Positions 1 through 13,400 of a stretch of DNA of 64,000 nucleotides are shown here, one piece after another. The translations under genes and the position numbers were made by a program. Position 1 is the stretch's first letter. Each line of letters starts with the position of its first letter. The DNA lies in contig JAXLNO010000088.1 in NCBI GenBank assembly GCA_038087875.1, positions 1 through 64,000 on the forward strand. The letters are read 5' to 3'. The notes below the pieces were generated by a model. That model saw nothing but the letters and a program-made list of their open reading frames with translations. It was not told where the DNA came from and ran no database searches. This DNA is from Malacoraja senta (Eukaryota).

Positions 1-238
1 TGGAGACCTTGCCGGATTTGTGGCGACCTTGCCGGATTTATGGCGAACTTGCCTGAAATATGGCGGCCTTGACGGATTTGTGGCGACCTTGCCGGATTCA
101 TGGCGACCTTGCCGGGGATGTGGCGACGTTGCCGGATTTATGGCGTCCTAGCCGGATTTATGGCGACCGTGCCGGAACTACGGCGACCTTGCCGGAGTTA
201 TGGTGACTTTGTAGATTTATGGCGACCTTGCCGGATTA
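1..238. repeat. 20-bp satellite (sat-A), left part of the array
   Basis: Tandem monomers TGGCGACCTTGCCGGATTTA/TTTG, same consensus as 4429-32070. Confidence 0.97.
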
Positions 239-367
239 TAACCATATAACCATATAACCATAACAGCACGGAAACAGGCCATCTCGGCCCTTCAAGTCCG
301 TGCCGAACATTTAAATTTTTTTTTTTTGTTTTTGTTTTTTTTTTAATTAAAAATAAAATACTTCCCC

Positions 368-2227
368 CTAGTCCCGTCTACCTGCACTCAGACCATAACC
401 CATATACCCACCCATATTCCCGTCCATATACCCATCCAATCTATTTTTAAAGGATAACATCGAACCTGCCTCCACCACTTCCACTGGAAGCTCATTCCAC
501 ACAGCTACCACTCTCTGAGTAAAGAAGTTCCCCCTAATGTTCCCCCTAAACTTCTGTCCCTTAATTCTGAAGTCATGTCCCCTTGTTTGAATCTTCCCTA
601 CTCTCAATGGGAAAAGCTTATCCACGTCCACTCTGTCTAACCCGCTCATAATTTTAAAGACCTCTATCAAGTCCCCTCTTAACCTTCTGCGCTCCAAAGA
701 ATAAAGACCTAACTTGTTCAACCTTTCTCTGTAACTTAGTTGCTGAAACCCAGGCAACATTCTAGTAAATCTCCTCTGTACTCTGTCTATTTTGTTGACA
801 TCCTTCCTATAATTAGGCGACCAAAATTGTACTCCATACTCCAGAATTGGCCTCACCAATGCCTTGTACAATTTTAACATTACATCGCAACTTCTATATT
901 CAATGCTCTGATTTATAAAGGCCAGCACACCAAAAGCTTTCTTTACCACCCTATCTACATGAGATTCCAACTTCAGGGAACTATGCACAGTTATTCCTAG
1001 ATCCCTCTGTTCAACTGCATTCCTCAATTCGCTACCATTTACCGTGTACGTCCTATTTTGATTTGTCCTGCCGAGATGTAGCACCTCACATTTGTCAGCA
1101 TTAAACTCCATCTGCCATCTTTCAGCCCACTCTTCCAAATGGCCTAAATCTCTCTGTAGACTTTGAAAATCTACTTCATTATCCACAACACCACCTATCT
1201 TAGTATCATCTGCATACTTACTAATCCAATTTTCCACACCTTCATCCAGATAATTGATGTACATGACAAACAACAGTGGACCCAACACAGACCCCTGAGG
1301 CACCCCACTAGTCACCGGCCTCCAACCTGACAAACAGCCATCCACCATTACTCTCTGGCATCTCCCATTCAGCCACTGTTGAATCCATCTTGCTACTCCA
1401 CCATTAATACCCAACAATTGAATCTTCTTAACCAACCTTCCATGAGGAACCTTGTCAAAGGCCTTACTGAAGTCCATATAGACAACATCCACTGCTTTAC
1501 CCTCATCAATTTCCCTAGTAACCTCTTCGAAAAATTCAAGAAGATTAGTCAAGCATGACCTTCCAGGCACAAATCCATGTTGACTGTTCCTAATCAGACC
1601 CTGCTTATCCAGATGCTTATATATATTATCTTTAAGTATCCTTTCCATTAATTTGCCCACCACTGACGTCAAACTAACAGGTCTATAATTGGTAGGTTTA
1701 CTCTTCGAACCCTTTTTAAACAACGGAACAACATGCGCAGTACGCCAATCCTCCGGCACTATTCCCGTTTCTAATGACATTTGAAATATTTCTGTCATAG
1801 CCCCTGCTATTTCTACACTAACTTCCCTCAATGTCCTAGGGAATATCCTGTCATGACCTGGAGACTTATCCGTTTTCATATTTTTCAAAAGTGTCCGCAC
1901 CTCCTCTTCTTTGAATCTCACAGTTTCCATTGCTACTCTGCTCGTTTCCCTTACCTCACATAATTGCATATCCTTCTCCTTCGTGAATACCGAAGAAAAG
2001 ACATTGTTCAATATCTCCCCCATCTCTTTTGGCTCTGCAGATTGCTGTCCACTCTGACTCTCTAATGGACCGATTTTATTCCTTGTTATCCTTTTGCTAT
2101 TAATACAGCTGTAGAAACCCTTTGGATTTACTTTCACCTTACTTGCCAAAGCAACCTCATATCTTCTTTTAGCTTTTCTAATTTCTTTCTTAATATTCTT
2201 TTTACATTCTTTATACTCCTCAAGCAC
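368..2227 (-). pseudogene. CR1 ORF2 reverse transcriptase domain, open but disconnected from the endonuclease
   Basis: Motifs [62 protein letters not shown]; in-frame TGA at ~2267-2269 and frameshifts near 2325 and 2460 upstream. Confidence 0.93.
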
Positions 2228-2449
2228 CTCATTTACTCCATGCTGCCTATAATTATTGTAGATCTCTCACTTTTTCCGAAACAAGTGGCCAATTTCCCTT
2301 GAAAACCATGGCTCTTTCCATTTTTTTACTATTTCCTTTCAACCGAACAGGGACATAAAGATTCTGTACTCTTAAAATTTCACCCTTAAATGTCCTCCAT
2401 TTTTCTTCTACATCCTTCCCATAAAACAACATGTCCCAATTCACTCCTT

Positions 2450-3190
2450 TTAAATCCTTTGCATCTCCTCAAAGTTAGCCTTTCTCCAAACAAGAATCTC
2501 AACCCTAGGTCCAGTTCTGACCCTCTCCATAATTATATTGAAACTAATGGTATTGTGATCACTGGACCCGAAGTGCTCCCCGACGCATACCTCCGCCACT
2601 TGCCCTGTCTCATTTCCTAACAGGAGGTCCAACACTGCCCCTTCTCTAGTAGGTACCTCTATGTATTGCTGCAAAAAACTATCTTGCACGCATTTTACAA
2701 ACTCCAAACCATCCAGACCTTTTACAGAATGTGTTTCCCAGTCTATGTGTGGAAAATTGAAATCTCCCACAATCACTACCTTGTGCTTACTACTAATATC
2801 TGCTATCTCCTTACATATTTGCTCTTCCAATTCTCGCTCCCCATTTGGCGGTCTATAATACACCCCTATTAGTGTTGCTACACCTTTCCCATTTCTCAGT
2901 TCCACCCAAATAGCCTCCCTAGACGAGCCCTCTAATCTATCCTGCCAAAGCACTGCTGTAATATCTTCCTTGACAAGCAATGCAACACCCCCACCTCTTG
3001 CCCCTCCAATTCTATCACCCCTGAAGCAACGAAATCCTGGAATATTTATTTGCCAATCACAGCCCTCCTGCAACCATGTTTCACTGATCGCCACAACATC
3101 ATACTTCCAGGTGTCAATCCAGGCTCTAAGCTCATCCACCTTTCTTACAATCCTCCTAGCATTAAAATATACACATTTAAGAAACCCACC
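2450..3190 (-). pseudogene. CR1 ORF2 APE-like endonuclease domain
   Basis: VVAISETWL, RGGGVALLV, GVYYRPP, VGDFNFP, LDLLL and SDH motifs. Confidence 0.93.
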
Positions 3191-3320
3191 ACCACTTATT
3201 CTCTGTTTATTATCTTTTTCTTCTTTCTCCCCTACATTTTGGGTCCGAGTGCTTCCCTTCTCTGCCTCCTGCCTCCCATATTTTCCACTAGCTTTCTCTA
3301 TTTGAGTCCCCCCAACCGTT

Positions 3321-4284
3321 CTAGTTTAAAGTCTCCCCAGTAGCCTTTGCAAATCTCCCCGCCAGGATATTGGTGCCCCTCGGGTTCAAGTGCAACCCGT
3401 CCTTTCTGTACAGGTCACTCCTTCCCCAAAAGAAATCCCAATGATCCAGAAATTTGAATCCCTGCCCACTGCACCAGTTCCTCAGCCACGCATTTATCCT
3501 CCACCTCACTCCATTCCTACTCTCACCGTCACGTGGCACAGGTAGTAATCCTGAGATTGTTACCTTTGTAGACCTTCTCCTTAACTCTCCTCCCAACTCC
3601 CTAAATTCTCCTTTCAAGACCTCTTCTCTTTTTCTACCTATGTCATTGGTACCTATATGTACCACAACCTCAGGCTCCTCTCCCTCCGATTTCAGGATAT
3701 CTTGGACGCGTTCAGACACATCCCTGACCCTGGCACCAGGGAGGCAAACTACCATCCGGGTCTCCTGACTGCGTCCACAGAATCGCCTATCCGACCCCCT
3801 AACCATAGTCCCCTATTACTATTGCCTTCCTCTTCTTTTCCCTACCCTTCTGAGCAATAGGGCTGGTCTCTGTGCCGGAGGCCCGGCCGCTGTTGCTACC
3901 CGCAGGAAGGCTGTCCCCCTCAACAGTACTCAAACAGGAGTACTTATTTTCAAGGTGTACAGCCACTGGGGTACTCACTAGTCCCTGCCTCTGCCCCTTG
4001 CCCTTCCTAACTGTGACCCACTTGTCTGCCTCCCGTGGTCTTGGAGTGGCCACCTCTCTATAACTCTTTTCTATGACCTCCTCACTCTCCCTGATCAGAC
4101 AGAGGTCATCGAGCTGCTGCTCCAGGTTCCTAACACGGTCCCTTAGGAACCCCATCTCTACGCACCTGACACAGATGTGAACGTCTGGAGGGGTATCAGA
4201 CTCCATGACCTCCCACATCTGACATCCAGAACAGTAAACTGCCCTGGCACTCATACTTCCCCCCTTACCCTGGATACAATACAA
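3321..4284 (-). pseudogene. CR1 ORF1: N-terminal Cys-pair (CxxC...CxxC) domain plus SGNH/GDSL esterase, frameshifted at ~3806
   Basis: CSGC...CVRC, a coiled-coil-like segment, IVIGD|(S)MVRG, PGARV, HIGTND and DGLHLN blocks across ORFs 3799..4284 and 3321..3806. Confidence 0.9.
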
Positions 4285-4317
4285 AACTGGTGGAGGAAAT
4301 CAGCAGGGATCTGACTC

Positions 4318-4390
4318 CCAATCAGCTGCTTTCTCTTTGTCCTCTTCCACCAATCAGCAGCTTTCTCTTGGTCCTCTTCCACCAATCAGA
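4318..4390. promoter_or_regulatory. Three CCAATCAG boxes in a 32-bp tandem repeat in the CR1 5'UTR (putative internal promoter)
   Basis: CCAAT at 4318, 4350 and 4382. Confidence 0.45.
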
Positions 4391-4428
4391 GGCTTCCCCA
4401 CTTATAGGAAACTTGAATGGAACGTTGC

Positions 4429-7400
4429 AATTGCGACTTTCCCGGAAATATGGTGACCTTGCCGGATTTGACGCAAACTTGCCGGATTTATGGCGACCTT
4501 GACGGAAATATGGCGACCTTGCCCGATTTGTGGCGACCTTGCCGGATGTATGGCGACCTTGCCGGAAATATGGCGACCTCGCCGGATTTATGACGACCTT
4601 GCCGGATATATGGCGACCTTGCCGGATTTATTGCGACCTTGCCGCATTTGTGTCGACCTTGCCCGATTTATGGTGACCTTGCCGGAAATATGGCGCCGTT
4701 GCCGGAAATGTGGCGACCCTGCCGGATTTGTGGCGACCTTGCCGAATTTATGGCGACCTTGCCGGGAATGTGGCGGCATTGCCGGATTTATGGCGACATT
4801 CCCGGATTAATGGCGACCTTGCCGGGGATGTGGCGATCTTGCCTTATTTGTGGCGACCTTGCCGGATTTATGGTGACCTTGCCGCAAATGTGGCGACCTC
4901 GCCGGATTTATGGCGACCTTGCCGGATATATGGCGACCTTGCCGGATTTATTGCGACCTTGCCGCATTTGTGTCGACCTTGCCGGATTTATGGTGACCTT
5001 GCCGGAAATATGGCGACGTTGCCGGAAATGTGGCGACCCTGCCGGATTTGTGGCGACCTTGCCGGATTTATGGCTACCTTGCCGGATTTATGGCGACATT
5101 CCCGGATTAATGGCGACCTTGCCGGGGATGTGGCACCTTGCCTTATTTGTGGCGACCTTGCCGGATTTATGGTGACCTTGCCGCAAATGTGGCGACCTTG
5201 CCGGATTTGTGGCGACCTTGCCGGATTTATGGCGACCTTGTGGGATTTGTGGCGACCTTGCCGGATTTATGGCGCCCTTGCCGGAAATGTGACGACCTTA
5301 CCGGATTCATGGCGTCCTTGCCGGAAATGTGGCGACCTTGCCGGTTGTGGCGACGATGCCGGATTTCTGGCGCCCTTGCCGCAAATGTGGCGACCTTGCC
5401 GGATTTGTGGCGACCTTGCCGGGTTTATGGCGACCTTGTGGGATTCGCGGCGACCTTGCCGGATTTATGGCGACCTTGCAGGACGTGGCGACCTTGCCGG
5501 ATTCATGGCGGACTTGCTGGAAATGTGGCGACCTTGTCGGATTTGTGGCGAAGAAGCCTGATTTCTGGCGTACTTGCCGAAATGTTGCGACCTTGCCGGA
5601 TTTGTGGCGACCTTGCCCGATCTATGGCGACCTTGCAGGAAATGTGGCGACCTTGCCGGATTTGACGCGACCTTGCCGGACTTGTGGCGACCTTGCCGGA
5701 TTCATGGCGACCTTGCCGGAAATGTGGCGACCTTGTCGGATTGTTGGCGACCTCGCCGGGAATGTAGCGACCTTGCCGGATTTGTGGCGACATTGTCGGA
5801 TTTATGGCGACCTCGACGGAAATGTTGCGATCTTGCCGGATTTTTGGTGACCTTGCCCGAAATATGGCGACCGTGCCGGAAATGTGGCGACCTTGCCGGA
5901 TTTCACGCCACCTTGCCGGATTAATTGCGACTTTGCCGGAAATATGGCGACCTTGCCGGATTTGACGCAAACTTGCCGGATTTATGGCGAACTTGACGGA
6001 AATATGGCGACCTTGCCCGATTTGTGGCGACCTTGCCGGATTTATGGCGACCTTGCCGGAAATATGCCGACCTCGCCGGATTTATGGCGACCTTGCCGGA
6101 TATATGGCGACCTTGCCGGATTTATTGCGACCTTGCCGCATTTGTGTCGACCATGCCGGATTTATGGTGACCTTGCCGGAAATATGGCGACGTTGCCGGA
6201 AATGTGGCGACCCTGCCGGATTTGTGGCGACCTTGCCGGATTTATGGCGACCCTGCCGGGAATGTGGCGACCTTGCCGGATTTATGGCGATATTCCCGGA
6301 TTAATGGCGACCTTGCCGGGGGATGTGGCGACCTTGCCTTATTTGTGGCGACCTTGCCGGATTCATGGCGACCTTGCCGGGAATGTGGCGACCTTGCCGG
6401 ATTTATGGCGAAATTCCCGGATTAATGGCGACCTTGCCGGGGATGTGGCGATCTTGCCTTATTTGTGGCGACCTTAGCGGATCTATGGCGACCTTGCAGG
6501 AAATGTGGCGACCTTGCCGGATTTGACGCGACCTTGCCGGACTTGTGACGACCTTGCCGGATTCATGGCGACCTTGCCGGAAATGTGGCGACCTTGCCGG
6601 ATTTAAGGCGACGATGGCGGATTTCTGGCGACCTTGCCGAAATGTTGCGACCTTGCCGGGTTTGACGCGACCTAGCCGAATTTATGGCTACCTTGATTGA
6701 AATGTGGCGACCTTGCCGGATTTGACGAACCTTGCCGGATTTATGGCGACTTTGCCGGAAAAATGGCTACCTTGCCGCATTTGAGGCAAACTTGCCGGAT
6801 TTATGGCGACCTTGTCGGAAATATGGCGACTTTTCCGGATTTGTGGCGACCCTGCCGGATTTATGGCGACTTTGCCTGAAATATGGCGACCTTGCCGGAT
6901 TTGTGACGACCTTGCCGGATTGTTGGCGACCTCGCCGGGAATGTAGCGACCTTGCCGGATTTGTGGCGACATTGTCGGATTTATGGCGACCTCGACGGAA
7001 ATGTTGCGATCTTGCCGGATTTTTGGTGACCGTGCCGGAAATATGGCGACCTTGCCGGATTTGACGCCACCTTGCCGGATTAATTGCGACTTTGCCGAAA
7101 ATATGGCCACCTTGCCGGATTTGACGCAAACTTGCCGGATTTATGGCGATCTTGCCGGAAAATGTGGCGACCTTGCCGGATTTATGGCGACCTTGTCGGA
7201 TTTGTGGCGAACTTGCCGGATTTATGGCGACATTGCCGGAAATGTGGCGAACTTGCCGCATTTGTGGCGACCTTGCTGGGTTTGTGGCGACCTTGCCGGA
7301 TTTATGGCGACCTTGCCTGAAATGTGGCGACCTTGCCGAATCTGCAGCGACCTTGCCGGATTTATGGCGACCTTGCCGGGAATGTGGCGACCTTGCCGGA

Positions 7401-10400
7401 TTTATGGCGGTTCCAGGATTAATGGCGACCTTGCCGGATTTATGGCGACCTTGCCTGAAATGTGGCGACCTTGCCGGATTTATGGCGACTTTGTGGGATT
7501 TGGGGCGACCTTGCCGGATTTATGGCGACCTTGCCGGAAATGTGGCGACCTTGCCGGATTCATGGCGACCTTGCCGGAAATGTGGCGTCCTTGCCGGATT
7601 TGTGGCGACGATGCTGGATTTCTGGCGACCTTGCCGAAATGTTGCGAACTTGCCGGATTTGTGGCGAGCTTGCCGGATCTATGGCGACCTTGCCGGAAAT
7701 GTGGCGACCTTGCTGGATTTGACGCGACTTTGCTGGAAATATGGCGAACTTGCCGGATTTATGGCGTCCTAGCCGGATTCATGGCGACCGTGCCAGAAAT
7801 ACGACGACCATGCCGGAGTTATGTCGACTTTGCAGATTTATGGCAAACTTGCCGGATTTATGGCGACTTTGCCGGAACTATATCGACATCGCCGGAATTA
7901 TGGCGACCTTGCCCGATTTATGGCGACCTGGCCGGAAATATGGCGACCTCGCCGGATTTATGGCGACCTTGCCGGAAATATGGCGACCTTGCCGGATTTA
8001 TGGCGACCTTGCCGCATTTGTGGCGACCTTGCCGGATTTATGGTGACCTTGCCGGAAATATGGCGACATTGCCGGAAATGTGGAGACCTTGCCGGATTTG
8101 CGGCGACCTTGCCGGATTTATGGCGACCTTGCCGGAAATGTGGCGACCTTGCCGGATTTGTGGCGTCCTTGCCGGATTTATGGCGACCTTGCCGGGAATA
8201 TGGCGACCTTGCCGGATTTATGGCGACATTCCCGGATTAATGGCGACCTTGCCGGAAATGTGTCGACCTTGCCGGAAATGTGGCGACCTTGCCGCATTTG
8301 TGGCGACCCTGCTGGATTTGTGGCGACATCGCCGGAAATATGGCGACCTCGCCGGATTTATGGTGAGCTTGCCGGAAATATGGCGACATTCCCGGATTGA
8401 TGGCGGCCTTGCTGGATTTATGGCGACCATGCCGGAAATATGGCGACTTCGCGGGAAATATGGCGACCTTCCCTGATTTGTGGCCACCCTGCCGTGTTTA
8501 TGGCGACTTTGCCGGAAATATGGCTACCTTGCCGGATTTGTGGCCACCTTGCCGCATTTATGGCGACCTCGCCGGAAATGTGGCGACTTTGCCGGATTTA
8601 TGGCGACCTTGCCGGAAATGTGGCGACCTTTCCGGATTTGTGGCGACCTTACCGGATTTATGGCGATCTTGCCCAAAATGTGGCGACCTTGCCGGATTTA
8701 TGGCGACATTCCCGGAATAATGGCGACATTGCCGTAAATGTGGCGACCTTGCCGGATTTGTGGCGACCTTGCCGGAATTATAGCGACCTTGCCTGAAATG
8801 TGGCGACCTTGCCGGATTTATAGCGACCTTGCCTGAAATGTGGCGACCTTGACGGATTTGTGGCGACCTTGCCGGATTTATGGCGACCTTGCCGGAAATG
8901 TGGCGACCTTGCGGTATTTGTGGCGACCTTGCCGGAAATATGGCGGCCTTGCCGGATTTATGGCGACCTTGCCGCATTTGTGGTGACCTTGCCGGATTTA
9001 TGGTGACCTTGCCGGAAATATGGCGACATTGCCGGAAATGTGGAGACCTTGCCGGATTTGTGGCGACCTTGCCGGATTTATGGCGACCTTGCCGGAAATG
9101 TGGCGACCTTGCCGGATTTGTGGCGACCTTGTCGGATTTATGGCGACCTTGCCGGGAATGTGGCGACCTTGCCGGATTTATGGCGACATTCCCGGATTAA
9201 TGGCGACCTTGCCGGAAATGTGGCGACCTTGCCGGAAATGTGGCGACCTTGCCGCATTTGTGGGACCTTGCCGGAAATGTGGCGACTTTGCCGGATTTGT
9301 GGCGACCTTGCCGGATTTATGGCGACCTTGCCGGGAATGTGGCGACCTTGCCGGATTTATGGCGACATTCCCGGATTAATGGCGACCTTGCCGGAAATAT
9401 GGCAAACTTGCCGGATTTGAGGCCACTTTGCCGGATTTACGGCGACTTCGCCGGAAATATGGCGACCTTCCCTGATTTGTGGCCACCCTGCCGTGTTTAT
9501 GGCGACCTTGCCGGAAATATGGCTACCTTGCCGGATTTGTGGCCACCTTGCCGCATTTATGGCGACCTCGCCGGAAATGTGGCGACTTTGCCGGATTTAT
9601 GGCGACCTTGCCGGAAATGTGGCGACCTTTCCGGATTTGTGGCGACCTTACCGGATTTATGGCGATCTTGCCCAAAATGTGGCGACCTTGCCGGATTTAT
9701 GGCGACATTCCCGGATTAATGGCGACATTGCCGTAAATGTGGCGACCTTGCCGGATTTGTGACGACCTTGCCGGAATTATAGCGACCTTGCCTGAAATGT
9801 GGCGACCTTGCCGGATTTATAGCGACCTTGCCTGAAATGTGGCGACCTTGACGGATTTGTGGCGACCTTGCCGGATTTATGGCGACCTTGCCGGAAATGT
9901 GGCGACCTTGCGGTATTTGTGGCGACCTTGCCGGAAATATGGCGGCCTTGCCGGATTTATGGCGACCTTGCCGCATTTGTGGCGACCTTGCCGGATTTAT
10001 GGTGACCTTGCCGGAAATATGGCGACATTGCCGGAAATGTGGAGACCTTGCCGGATTTGTGGCGACCTTGCCGGATTTATGGCGACCTTGCCGGATATGT
10101 GGCGACCTTGCCGGATTTGTGGCGACCTTGTCGGATTTATGGCGACCTTGCCGGGAATGTGGCGACCTTGCCGGATTTATGGCGACATTCCCGGATTAAT
10201 GGCGACCTTGCCGGAAATGTGGCGACCTTGCCGGAAATGTGGCGACCTTGCCGCATTTGTGGCGACCTTGCCGGAAATGTGGCGACATTGCCGGATTTGT
10301 GGCGACCTTGCCGGATTTATGGCGACCTTGCCGGGAATGTGGCGACCTTGCCGGATTTATGGCGACATTCCCGGATTAATGGCGACCTTGCCGGAAATGT

Positions 10401-13400
10401 GGCGACCTTGCCGGAAATGTGGGGACTTTGCCGCATTTGTGGCGACCCTGCTGGATTTGTGGCGACATCGCCGGAAATATGGCGACCTCGCCGGATTTAT
10501 GGTGACCTTGCCGGAAATATGGCGACCTTCCCGGATTGATGGCGACCTTGCTGGATTTATGGCGACCTTGCCGGAAATATGGCGACCTCGCCGGGTTTGT
10601 GGCGACCGTGCCGGATTTATGGCGACCTTGTGGGTTTTGTGGCGACCTTGCCGGATTTATGGCGACCTTGCCGGAAATGTGACGATCTTACCGGATTCAT
10701 GGCGACCTTGCCGTAAATGTGGCGACCTTGCCGGTTTGTGACGACGATGCCGGATTTCTGGCGACCTTGCCGCAAATGTGGCGACCTTGCCGGATTTGTG
10801 GCGACCTTGCCGGATTTATGGCGACCTTGTGGAATTTGTGGCGACCTTGCCGGATTTATGGCGACCTTGCCGGACGTGGCGACCTTGCCGGATTCATGGC
10901 GACCTTGCTGGAAATGTGGCGACCTTGCCGGATTTGTGGCGAAGAAGCCGGATTTCTGGCGAACTTGCCGAAATGTGGCGACCTTGCCGGATTTGACGCG
11001 ACCTTGCCGGACTTGTGGCGACCTTGCCGGATTCATGGCGTCCTGGCCGGAAATATGGCGACCTCGCCGGATTTATGGCGACCTTGCCGGAAATATGGCG
11101 ACCTTGCCGGATTTATGGCGACCTTGCCGCATTTGTGGCGACCTTGCCGGATTTATGGCGACTTTGCCGCATTTGTGGCGACCTTGCCGGATTTGTGGCG
11201 ACCTTGCCGGATTTATGGCGACCTTGCCGGGAATGTGGCGACCTTGCCGGATTTGTGGCGACCTTGCCGGATTTATGGCGACCTTGCCGGGAATGTGGCG
11301 ACCTTGCCGGATTTATGGCGACATTCCCGGATTAATGGCGACCTTGCCGGAAATGTGGCGACCTTGCCGGAAAAGTGGCGACCTTGCCGCATTTGTGGTG
11401 ACCCTGCAGGATTTGTGGCGACATCGCCGGACATATGGCGACCTCGCCGGATTTATGGCGACCTTGCCGGAAATATGGCGACCTTCCCGGATTGATGGCG
11501 ACCTTGCTGGATTTATGGCGAACTTGCCGGAAATATGGCGACCTCGCCGGGTTTGTGGCGACCATGCCGGATTTATGGCGACCTTGTGGGATTTGTGGCG
11601 ACCTTGCCGGATTTATGGCGACCTTGCCGGAAATGTGACTATCTTACCGGATTCATGGCGACCTTGCCGTAAATGTGGCGACCTTGCCGGTTTGTGGCGA
11701 CGATGCCGGATTTCTGGCGACCTTGCCGCAAATGTGGCGACCTTGCCGGATTGATGGCGACCTTGCTGGATTTATGGCGACCTTGCCGGAAATATGGCGA
11801 CCTCGCCGGGTTTGTGGCGACCGTGCCGGATTTATGGCGACCTTGTGGGTTTTGTGGCGACCTTGCCGGATTTATGGCGACCTTGCCGGAAATGTGACGA
11901 TCTTACCGGATTCATGGCGACCTTGCCGTAAATGTGGCGACCTTGCCGGTTTGTGGCGACGATGCCGGATTTCTGGCGACCTTGCCGCATATGTGGCGAC
12001 CTTGCCGGATTTGTGGCGACCTTGCCGGATTTATGGCGACCTTGTGGAATTTGTGGCGACCTTGCCGGATTTATGGCGACCTTGCCGGACGTGGCGACCT
12101 TGCCGGATTCATGGCGACCTTGCTGGAAATGTGGCGACCTTGCCGGATTTGACGCGACGTTGCCGGACTTGTGGCGACCTTGCCGGATTCATGGCGTCCT
12201 GGCCGGAAATATGGCGACCTCGCCGGATTTATGGCGACCTTGCCGGAAATATGGCGACCTTGCCGGATTTATGGCGACCTTGCCGCATTTGTGGCGACCT
12301 TGCCGGATTTATGGCGACCTTGCCGCATTTGTGGCGACCTTGCCGGATTAGTGGCGACCTTGCCGGATTTATGGCGACCTTGCCGGGAATGTGGCGACCT
12401 TGCCGGATTTGTGGCGACCTTGCCGGATTTATGGCGACCTTGCCGGGAATGTGGCGACCTTGCCGGATTTATGGCGACGTTCCCGGATTAATGGCGACCT
12501 TGCCGGAAATGTGGCGACCTTGCCGGAAAAGTGGAGACCTTGCCGCATTTGTGGCGACCTTGCCGGATTTATGGCAACCTTGCCGCATTTGTGGCGACCT
12601 CGCCGGGTTTGTGGCGACCATGCCGGATTTATGGCGACCTTGTGGGATTTGTGGCGACCTTGCCGGATTTATGGCGACCTTGCCGGAAATGTGACGATCT
12701 TACCGGATTCATGGCGACCTTGCCGTAAATGTGGCGACCTTGCCTGTTTGTGGCGACGATGCCGGATTTCTGGCGACCTTGCCGCAAATGTGGCGACCTT
12801 GCCGGATTTGTGGCGACCTTGCCGGATTTATGGCGACCTTGTGGAATTTGTGGCGACCTTGCCGGATTTATGGCGACCTTGCCGGACATGGCGACCTTGC
12901 CGGATTCATGGCGACCTTGCTGGAAATGTGGCGACCTTGCCGGATTTCTGGCGACCTTGTGGGATTTGTGGCGACGTTGCCGGATTTATGGCGGCCTTGC
13001 CGGAAATGTGGCGACCTTGCCGCATTTGTGGCGACCTTGCTGGGTTTGTGGCGACCTTGCCGGATTTATGGTGACCTTGCCGGAAATGTGGCGACCTTGC
13101 CGGATTTGCAGCGACCTTGCCGGATTTATGGCGACCTTGCCGGGAATGTGGCGACCTTGCCGGATTTATGGCGAAATTCCCGGATTAATGGCGACCTTGC
13201 CTGAAATGTGGCGACCTTGCCGGATTAGTGGCGACCTTGCCCGATTTATGGCGACCTTGCCTGAAATGTGGCGACCTTGACGGATTTGTGGCGACCTTGA
13301 CGGATTTATGGCCACCTTGCCGGGGATGTGGCGTCCTTACCGGATTTGTGTCGACCTTGCCGGATTTATGGCGACATTGCCGGAATTGTGGCGACCTTGC

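Larger units (their letters stand above)
239..4428 (-). mobile_element. Near full-length CR1/L3-clade LINE (subfamily A), inactivated
   Basis: Minus-strand order: 5'UTR, ORF1 (Zn finger plus SGNH esterase), APE endonuclease, RT, short 3'UTR, and a terminal 8-bp microsatellite (ATAACCAT)n at ~239-263. Confidence 0.95.
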
